NCBI GenBank assembly: GCA_041671325.1
Contig: JBAZBR010000001.1
Coordinates: 221,332 to 285,331, forward strand
DNA: 64,000 bases
Origin: Patescibacteria group bacterium
GTDB lineage: Bacteria; Patescibacteriota; Patescibacteriia; PEXW01
Direction of reading: 5' to 3'
The notes below the pieces were generated by a model. It ran no database searches and was not told the DNA's origin. It saw only the letters and a list, made by a program, of their open reading frames with translations. Of this stretch, positions 57,098-64,000 are shown piece by piece; the first letter of the stretch is position 1, and every line of letters begins with the position of its first letter. Both the position numbers and the translations under genes were made by a program.

Positions 57098-58384
57098 ATG
57101 ATGGAAATTTTTCGAAATATGTTCCGCAGGAAATTACGGACTTTACTGACTATAACCGGCATAACCGTGGGTATTTTTGCTTTTACAGTCATGGGTTCCA
57201 TGGCCTTGAGGTTTAATAAAATGATTTCTGGCGGGAAAAGCTATATCACCGGCCAAATCACCATTATGCCCAAAGGTGCTTCGTACATGAGCGGAGGCGG
57301 TTCTTTTTTACCCCTAGATACCTTGGAAAAGATTTCTAAAGTTGAAGGCGTGGAAGCTGTGGCTGGCGGGATTTCTTTAATGGTAAAAGAACCTGACCCT
57401 GATAATCCAACTGGTGGCGGTTTTGGCCAGCCTGCAACTATTGAAGGCATGGATTTAAAATCAGCTTATAAAAATCGGAATTGGCAGACCATAGCCATGA
57501 AATCCGGCCGCATGCTGGATAAAAATGATGCTTCGACAAATAATGTTGCAATTGGCTATACCATTGCTTCTGATGAAAAAATTGAAGTTGGGGATAAGAT
57601 GAAGATCCGTGGGAAAGATTTTAATGTAGTCGGTATTGCTGACCAAACTTTGACTGGTCCAGATATGTACGTTTTTATGCCCATTGAATCAGCCAGGGAT
57701 TTACTGATTGCATCTACACCTTTTCTAAAATCCTTGAAAGCAAGTTCGGAAGAGGCAGCTAAAATTTCTGATGCCGCGTTAGCCAAGTTGCCCCAAGCCA
57801 CGCGCGACCAATTAATCCAAGCCAAAGCCTTTAAGGTAGAAGATTTGAACCAAATGGCCGCAGCTTCTTGGAAAGACGGGCAAGATCCTGATGTTGTTGC
57901 AAATCGAATCAAAGACCAATTCAAGGATGAGGCATTGGTACTTTCGCCGACTAAACTTGGCGAAACTATTGATAAGGCTTCTGCAGTTTTTAATGCCATA
58001 ATTTTGGGTAGTGCGGTTATTGCGCTTATAGTTGGCGGCTTTTCCATCATTAATACCATGATCATGTCCATTTCCGAAAGAAAAAGGGAAATCGGCATCA
58101 AAAAAGCCATTGGCGCTTCTAATCGTTCCATTGCTTGGGACTATACAATTGAAGCCGGGTTTATAGGTATTGTCGGTGGAATTATTGGCATGTTGCTTGG
58201 TATTTTAGTAGCTACAATTATCAATACCAAAACTAAAGCCAGTGGCGCGGAAATTTTCCTGATTAAAGCCTGGTTCATGGCCATAGTCGTGGGTTTTTCA
58301 TTTGTTTTGGGTATCTTGGCAGGAGTACTTCCGGCCATCAGGGCATCCAAAATGAAAGTGGTTGATGCTATTCGCGAATTATAA
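57098..58384 (+). CDS. ABC transporter permease (MacB/FtsX family)
   Basis: RTLLTITGI.VG, NTMIMSISERKREIGIKKAIGA, PAIRAS. Confidence 0.93.
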   Translation: MMEIFRNMFRRKLRTLLTITGITVGIFAFTVMGSMALRFNKMISGGKSYITGQITIMPKGASYMSGGGSFLPLDTLEKISKVEGVEAVAGGISLMVKEPDPDNPTGGGFGQPATIEGMDLKSAYKNRNWQTIAMKSGRMLDKNDASTNNVAIGYTIASDEKIEVGDKMKIRGKDFNVVGIADQTLTGPDMYVFMPIESARDLLIASTPFLKSLKASSEEAAKISDAALAKLPQATRDQLIQAKAFKVEDLNQMAAASWKDGQDPDVVANRIKDQFKDEALVLSPTKLGETIDKASAVFNAIILGSAVIALIVGGFSIINTMIMSISERKREIGIKKAIGASNRSIAWDYTIEAGFIGIVGGIIGMLLGILVATIINTKTKASGAEIFLIKAWFMAIVVGFSFVLGILAGVLPAIRASKMKVVDAIREL

Positions 58385-58394
58385 ATTAAAAAAT

Positions 58395-59072
58395 ATGTCA
58401 AAAATATTAATTCAAGCTAAAAATCTTCATAAAAAGTACCAGATGACCAAAAGCAACATTATCCATGCTTTAAATGGCGTGGATATTGAAGTTCAAGAAG
58501 GTGACTTTTCCGCTATTGTCGGACCGTCAGGCTGCGGAAAATCAACCCTGCTGCATATTTTAGGTTTGTTGGATACCCTAGATGAGGGCGAATACAATTT
58601 GGATGGCATCGACGCCAGGAAGATCAAGGGAAAAGACGCCAACCAAGTCCGGGCCAAGAAAATCGGTTTTATCTTCCAAGGCTTTAATTTGATTCCCACT
58701 TTAACGGCCTTGGAAAATGTCATGCAAGCCGGCAGGTATGGCGGCATGAACTTTAAACAAAGAAAAACTAGGGCAGAAGAACTTTTAGACATGATGGGCT
58801 TGAAAGAAAGGATGAATCATAAGCCTAATGAGCTTTCCGGCGGGCAACAGCAACGGGTGGCAATTGCCAGGGCTTTAGTCAACAAACCCGCTATAATTTT
58901 GGCGGACGAGCCTACTGGGGAATTGGACAGCAAGACTTCTTTGGAAATAATCGAGCTTTTGAAGAAATTAAATAAAGAGAATAACCAGACTTTCTTAATG
59001 GTCACGCATAATTTGGAAGTTGCCCAAGCCTGCAAAAAAATTATCCAGCTCAAAGACGGCAAGAACGCTTAA
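58395..59072 (+). CDS. ABC transporter ATP-binding protein (LolD/MacB-like)
   Basis: GPSGCGKS, LSGGQQQR, ADEPTG. Confidence 0.95.
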   Translation: MSKILIQAKNLHKKYQMTKSNIIHALNGVDIEVQEGDFSAIVGPSGCGKSTLLHILGLLDTLDEGEYNLDGIDARKIKGKDANQVRAKKIGFIFQGFNLIPTLTALENVMQAGRYGGMNFKQRKTRAEELLDMMGLKERMNHKPNELSGGQQQRVAIARALVNKPAIILADEPTGELDSKTSLEIIELLKKLNKENNQTFLMVTHNLEVAQACKKIIQLKDGKNA

Positions 59073-59129
59073 ATAAAAAATGAAAAAGTCCCTAAAGTCA
59101 AAAAGGGGCTTTTTTGTTATACTAAATTC

Positions 59130-59579
59130 ATGAAAGCTAAAAATAAATTTCCTAGAGGCGTTGAGGTTGTTGGGGCACCAATAATAGAAAATAATAAAGG
59201 CCAGTTACTCTTTATCAAATCTCCAAAATGGGGCAATAAGTGGGTGTTTCCCGGTGGACATATTAAGGCTGGAGAGACTATTGAACAAGGGCTAATCCGC
59301 GAAGGTTATGAAGAAACAGGTCTAAAACTCAAACCCATAAAAGTTTTTAATTGGGGCGAACTTATTGAATCAAAAGAATTTTCCCGACCAGCGCACCTAA
59401 TTTATTTTGATCTTTATTGTAAAATGGCTGGAGGAAGTTTAGCCTTTGATAAGCGGGAAGTGACTGATTATAAATGGCTGTATCCTAAAACGGCTCTAAA
59501 GTTAAATTTAGAAAAAACTAATATTAGTTCACTAAAGGCCTTTTTGAAATATAAGAAGGTTTCAAGGCATAAGAAATAA
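59130..59579 (+). CDS. Nudix hydrolase
   Basis: PGGHIKAGETIEQGLIREGYEETG. Confidence 0.9.
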   Translation: MKAKNKFPRGVEVVGAPIIENNKGQLLFIKSPKWGNKWVFPGGHIKAGETIEQGLIREGYEETGLKLKPIKVFNWGELIESKEFSRPAHLIYFDLYCKMAGGSLAFDKREVTDYKWLYPKTALKLNLEKTNISSLKAFLKYKKVSRHKK

Positions 59580-59583
59580 AATC

Positions 59584-61632
59584 ATGAATTTAAAGCCTTT
59601 ATTTAATCCTAAAAGCATTGCCGTAATAGGTGCTTCACATGACCGGAAAAAGCTTGGTAATGTAATTTTTCGGAATTGCCTGGCTTTTGGGTTCAAGGGT
59701 AAAGTCTATCCAATCAACCCTAAGTTAAAGAAAGTGGAAGGCCGTCAGGCATTTCCCAATTTAATCAGTTTATCAAAAGCAGTTGATTTGGTAATAATTG
59801 TTACTCCTGCACCCACAGTCCCTCAAATTTTGAAAGATGCAGTTAAGGCAAAGGCAAAGTCAGTAGTAATTATCAGCGCCGGGTTCGGGGAAACTGGACT
59901 GCGCGGTAAAAATTTAGAATCGCAAATTAAAAAAATCATTAAAAATAAGATTCCAGTTATTGGCCCAAATTGTTTGGGGGTTGTTTTGCCATATTTGAAA
60001 TTGAATGCTTCTTTTGGCGTGGGTTTGCCTAAAAATGGCGGGGTCAGTATTTTATCCCAATCCGGCGCCATAGCCGTAGCCGAAATGGAGTGGGCCGCCA
60101 GCCAAAACATTGGTTTTAGATCAATCATAAGTTTGGGCAATAAAACCATTTTGAATGAAACGGATTTATTAAAAACTTTAGGTGAAGACAAGGGCACCAA
60201 AGTAATTTTGATGTATTTGGAAGATATTCGTGAAGGCCGAAAGTTTTTACAAATTGCCCAGCAAGTTACCAAGCGTAAACCCGTGGTCATTTTACGAGCA
60301 GGCCGCAGCCAAGCCGCAGCCAAGGCAGCGAAGTCCCATACTGGCGCTTTAGCTGGTTCCAGCCAAGTCACTGATGCGGTCTTGAAACAAGCTGGCTGCT
60401 TAGTAGTCAATAATACGGATGAGTGGTTCACCTTGGCTGAAGTTTTTGACCAACCAAAAAAGCCAGCCGGTAACCAGGTCGCGATTATCACTAATGCTGG
60501 CGGCCCAGGAATTTTAGCCACTGATGCGGTTGATAAAGCAGCTTTGCAGCTCTCGCAATTTTCCAAGAAATCTGACAGTTCATTAAAAAAAGTTTTGCCT
60601 CCAACTGCTGCCCTACACAATCCCATTGACGTGGTAGGGGATGCGCCGCCAGAAAGATACCAAAAAGCTTTAAATATAGTTTTAGCAGATAAAGCCGTGG
60701 ATATGGTTTTGGTCATTTTGACCCACCAATTAGTCACCGATTCCTTAAAGGTCGCTAAAATAATCATTGCCGCCCAAGCCAAAACTTCAAAACCAATCTT
60801 GCCGGTATTTATTGGCGGCGCTAAAGTCGCCAAAGGCATTGAGGTAATGGAAAAAGCTGGTTTGCCGGTTTTTGCTTATCCAGAGCAAGCCGTGTTTGCG
60901 GCTGAAGCGCTTTATAATTCCAAATTTGAAAAAAGGATTCCAGTTTTGCCGCTTTTGAAATCAAAAAAAATAGTTACTATGTCAGGGGTAGCAATTTCCG
61001 GCGAAGCAGCGGCCAAGGTTTTGAGTAAAGCCAAATTAAAAGTTTTACCGACATTTAAGCTCAAGAATTCAGTTCAAGCCATCAACATTGCAAAACGTTT
61101 GCATCTGCCAGTGGTCATGAAAATTGATTCACCAAAAATTTTGCATAAGACTGAAAGCGGGGGAGTTCTGGTAGACTTACACACTCCCAGCATGGTGAAA
61201 TCCGCTTTTAAGAAAATGCAAAATAAATTCAAAACCGTCTTAAAAAATCCGGATTCTAATATCGTTCTGCAAGACCAAAGGTTTGGCGGTTTGGAGCTGA
61301 TTATTGGCGCCATCCAAGACCCGCAATTCGGGCCGGTGGTAATTTTGGGCTTGGGCGGCATTTACGTGGAAGCTATCCGAAAAGTCAATTACCTTTGTGC
61401 GCCTATGGATAAAATTTCCGCACAAAGATTTTTGGAAAATTCAAATGTTTGGCCAATTTTAAAAGGCGTGCGGGGCCAAACTTTTGCAGTGAATAAAGTC
61501 GCCGAAATTTTAGTCAAAGTCAGTAATTTCATTGCCAAGCATCCGGAAATCAAGTCTTTGGACTTAAATCCAGTTTTAGTCGGCTGTGACCAGGCATTTA
61601 TTTTGGATGCCCGGATTGAATTCCTAAAATGA
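59584..61632 (+). CDS. ADP-forming acetate--CoA ligase (fused alpha/beta)
   Basis: PKSIAVIGAS, GPNCLG, SQSGA, SHTGALAG, TNAGG, NPIDV, HKTESGGV, DLNP. Confidence 0.93.
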   Translation: MNLKPLFNPKSIAVIGASHDRKKLGNVIFRNCLAFGFKGKVYPINPKLKKVEGRQAFPNLISLSKAVDLVIIVTPAPTVPQILKDAVKAKAKSVVIISAGFGETGLRGKNLESQIKKIIKNKIPVIGPNCLGVVLPYLKLNASFGVGLPKNGGVSILSQSGAIAVAEMEWAASQNIGFRSIISLGNKTILNETDLLKTLGEDKGTKVILMYLEDIREGRKFLQIAQQVTKRKPVVILRAGRSQAAAKAAKSHTGALAGSSQVTDAVLKQAGCLVVNNTDEWFTLAEVFDQPKKPAGNQVAIITNAGGPGILATDAVDKAALQLSQFSKKSDSSLKKVLPPTAALHNPIDVVGDAPPERYQKALNIVLADKAVDMVLVILTHQLVTDSLKVAKIIIAAQAKTSKPILPVFIGGAKVAKGIEVMEKAGLPVFAYPEQAVFAAEALYNSKFEKRIPVLPLLKSKKIVTMSGVAISGEAAAKVLSKAKLKVLPTFKLKNSVQAINIAKRLHLPVVMKIDSPKILHKTESGGVLVDLHTPSMVKSAFKKMQNKFKTVLKNPDSNIVLQDQRFGGLELIIGAIQDPQFGPVVILGLGGIYVEAIRKVNYLCAPMDKISAQRFLENSNVWPILKGVRGQTFAVNKVAEILVKVSNFIAKHPEIKSLDLNPVLVGCDQAFILDARIEFLK

Positions 61633-61913
61633 CTTTAGATATTCCCATAAGCCAAATAGGCAACCCAACTGTATTTTTTTCCCGTTTGGGTTATCATCAT
61701 GAGCCCAATGGCAGTTTTGCCAAAAGGGTCAGCGGCATGCCTTTTCCTCGTTACCATTTATATTTTGAGGTTGGCACAGACATGGTACGCGTAAATTTGC
61801 ATTTGGACGCCAAAAAACCCAGTTACCAAGGTACCAGCGCCCATGCCGGGGAATATGACGGGGAAGTGGTGGAAATGGAGCTTACAAGGATTAAACAGTA
61901 CGCGGGAGTTTAG
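61629..61913 (+). CDS. Conserved hypothetical protein
   Basis: FPRYHLY..NLHLDAKKPSY.G..AH.GEYDG; start overlaps the upstream stop codon. Confidence 0.75.
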   Translation: MTLDIPISQIGNPTVFFSRLGYHHEPNGSFAKRVSGMPFPRYHLYFEVGTDMVRVNLHLDAKKPSYQGTSAHAGEYDGEVVEMELTRIKQYAGV

Positions 61914-61951
61914 CGGGAAATATCTTGAAATTTTTTGTGAAATAAGTATTT

Positions 61952-62704
61952 ATGGTTAAAATCAATCGACAAACCTCAATTATAATTGCGCTAATATCAT
62001 TTATTATATTAATTTTATCTTTTAGTCTACCAGAGGAAAATGGCGCAATTCTCATGATGATTGGTATTTTAGGTTTAATAGTTGGTCTGGCAGTCGGTAT
62101 TAATTCTTCATGGAAAAGAACAATTATTAATAAAAATGAATTTGATCTGGTTTACACATTCCATAAGACTAATTTTATTTCGCCCATAAGCGTTATTTTC
62201 AATATCTTGAGCCTGCTTTGGCTGCTTATTGCCAAAATTCAATCCGGCCAAACTTTAGAAATAGCATTAATATTTTTTATAGGTTTTTGGCTTTTGTCTG
62301 CAATTGAACTTATTGTCAAGATTGCCAAACAGTCAAATTTTGATGGTTTTACATTTGGTTTTAATAAAGAGGGTATCACGTTGCTCAAGGGTGATTGGGT
62401 GAAAAAATATGCTTGGGAAAATTATAGAGGATTTAATACAGCGTACTCAACTCGCTACGGTGAATTTCTTTCGTACCTCCCTTATATCTCAATATTTTTT
62501 CACGAAACGGATAAGTACACCATAAATTTATTTTATTCGGAAAAGGGCAGGCAGCAGTCCATGGAACAGACCGCTCCGGGGTATAAAGTAAAAAAGTATC
62601 ATCAAATTGAAACTCAGAAAAATAACTTGTCTCAAGTAATTTCATATCTTAAAAAATATTTACCCCAAATTCAAAAAGATATTTCTTTGAAGGAACGCTT
62701 ATAA
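61952..62704 (+). CDS. AT-rich membrane protein (inserted)
   Basis: Four TM helices plus a soluble C-terminal domain; flanked by a duplicated gene end. Confidence 0.7.
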   Translation: MVKINRQTSIIIALISFIILILSFSLPEENGAILMMIGILGLIVGLAVGINSSWKRTIINKNEFDLVYTFHKTNFISPISVIFNILSLLWLLIAKIQSGQTLEIALIFFIGFWLLSAIELIVKIAKQSNFDGFTFGFNKEGITLLKGDWVKKYAWENYRGFNTAYSTRYGEFLSYLPYISIFFHETDKYTINLFYSEKGRQQSMEQTAPGYKVKKYHQIETQKNNLSQVISYLKKYLPQIQKDISLKERL

Positions 62705-62712
62705 ATATTATC

Positions 62713-62742
62713 ACAAGGATTAAACAGTACGCTGGGGTTTGA
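62713..62742 (+). pseudogene. Stranded duplicate of the 3' end of gene 61629-61913
   Basis: aca agg att aaa cag tac gct ggg gtt tga versus aca agg att aaa cag tac gcg gga gtt tag; both encode TRIKQYAGV*. Confidence 0.85.
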
Positions 62743-62806
62743 AGCTAAGAAAAACCGCCTCCGAATTGGGGGCGGTTGTCGTTCTTGTTTTACTCGTTTT
62801 GGTTCA

Positions 62807-63070
62807 TTAGGCTTGCTGGAGACTGGCTTTGTCAGCCTCGGCGAGTATTTGCAGAACGTAGCCGGCACCAGCCAAAATGAGCGCTATTACGCCGACCATT
62901 ACGACCGCATGCCGGAATATCACGAGAATGAATTCCGGAAGCTTGCCATCCAAAAGCAGTGAAAGAGTCAGGACAGCGATGGTTGCCAAAAAGGCAAGGG
63001 TGCCGATGATATTGAGTTTCTTTGCCTCCGCCAAGCGGACAGGGATCGGCTTTAAGGTACTCAATGACAT
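62807..63070 (-). CDS. Small orphan 2-TM protein
   Basis: GGAGG SD, TTGACA promoter near 63146, terminator near 62750-62777. Confidence 0.65.
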   Translation of the reverse strand: MSLSTLKPIPVRLAEAKKLNIIGTLAFLATIAVLTLSLLLDGKLPEFILVIFRHAVVMVGVIALILAGAGYVLQILAEADKASLQQA

Positions 63071-63207
63071 ACGTTCCTCCCCATATTAGTGTATTGGTGA
63101 TTTTTGGTTTTCTAAAAAAAATAGCACTTAATTCGTGCTCTGTCAAGCTCGTGCTAATAAAACTTTTAAGGATATTTAGCAAATATAATTTATGCTATAA
63201 TTTAACA

Positions 63208-64000
63208 ATGAAGCAAGTTACTAATCGTTTCACTTGGAAAATTGGCGGCGCGGCCGGGGACGGCATCATGGTCACTGGCGCCATGCTGGGCAAGATTTTC
63301 ACCCGGGCCGGGCTTTGGGTTGTGGATTATTCCGAATATCCATCGCTTATTCGCGGCGGGCACAATACCCAGGTGGTGCAGGTTGATGAAGAGCAGATTT
63401 TTTCCCATGACCAAGGCAATGAAATTTTAGTGGCTTTGAACGAAGAGACGGTCAGACTCCATGCCAAAGAAATCAGCCCGAATGGCGTGATTATTTATGA
63501 TGAGGAAAGATTGAAAATTTTGCCAGCCATGATTGGCAATCGGAACGATATTTCTTTAATGGCCGTACCATTTAAAAAAATTGCCGCAGATTTAGGCGGT
63601 AAGGATATTATGCAGAATACGGTGGCCTTAGGCGCTTCTTTAGGATTTTTAACAGCGCCGTTTGAACTAGTGGAAGACGTCATGCATGATACTTTTGATG
63701 ATAAAGGTGAGGCGATAGTCAAGATGAACATTGATATTGCCAAGGCGGGTTATGAATATGTTTTGAAAAATTTTAAAAAGGAATTCCCTTGGCGCATCAA
63801 ACCAAAAAAATCAGAAAAACGGATTATCATTGGCGGCAATGATGCCATATCTTTGGGCCTGATCCAAGGCGGTTTGAAATTTTATTCAGCATATCCCATG
63901 ACCCCAGCCTCATCCATCCTTTCCACCTTGGCCGAATTAGCCCCGACTTATGGGCACATTACCAAACACTCGGAAGATGAAATTTCGGCAATCAATCTGG
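63208..64000 (+). CDS. 2-oxoacid:acceptor oxidoreductase subunit alpha (partial, runs off the window; not in the ORF track)
   Basis: MKQVTNRFTWKIGGAAGDGIMVTG...EYPSLIRGGHN...NTVALGA...FYSAYPMTPAS. Confidence 0.93.
   Translation, partial: MKQVTNRFTWKIGGAAGDGIMVTGAMLGKIFTRAGLWVVDYSEYPSLIRGGHNTQVVQVDEEQIFSHDQGNEILVALNEETVRLHAKEISPNGVIIYDEERLKILPAMIGNRNDISLMAVPFKKIAADLGGKDIMQNTVALGASLGFLTAPFELVEDVMHDTFDDKGEAIVKMNIDIAKAGYEYVLKNFKKEFPWRIKPKKSEKRIIIGGNDAISLGLIQGGLKFYSAYPMTPASSILSTLAELAPTYGHITKHSEDEISAINL

Overview
The window looks like a chromosomal segment of a Patescibacteria/CPR bacterium using genetic code 11. This is inferred from the gene repertoire, archaeal-type pyrH, a reduced dcw cluster and core genes without Shine-Dalgarno (SD) sites. 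Bases 1-3000 are a decayed island end with a TM-TPR gene, an IS remnant and two XRE-HTH genes. Housekeeping genes follow: pcm, manC, mltG, pyrH, rplJ-rplL with an L10 leader, trpS, mraZ-rsmH-ftsL-ftsI-murF, pgk-eno-gpmI-gpmI*, an ABC exporter, an ADP-forming acetate-CoA ligase and a partial 2-oxoacid:acceptor oxidoreductase alpha subunit. An SOS locus contains lexA, dinB, a catalytically dead Y-family paralog and three TTCGG-N6-TTCGG boxes. Five observations stand out. (1) An unassigned, highly structured ~400-nt transcription unit (about 19000-19405) is divergent from lexA and has its own sigma70 promoter, upstream DnaA boxes and terminator. (2) A ~115-nt structured sRNA lies at 11153-11266 (-). 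(3) Three scars of synonymously diverged duplicate gene ends (dinB 5', trpS 3', and the 3' end of the gene at 61629) flank inserted DNA, suggesting recurrent homology-facilitated gene capture. (4) A three-gene operon encodes a pseudo-asparaginase, a pseudo-NDT-RHH regulator and a 7TM receptor without an output domain, behind a direct-repeat operator. (5) A distinct class of monocistronic orphan genes has canonical promoters, strong SD sites and terminators. All calls come from reading the sequence; no searches or folding programs were run.
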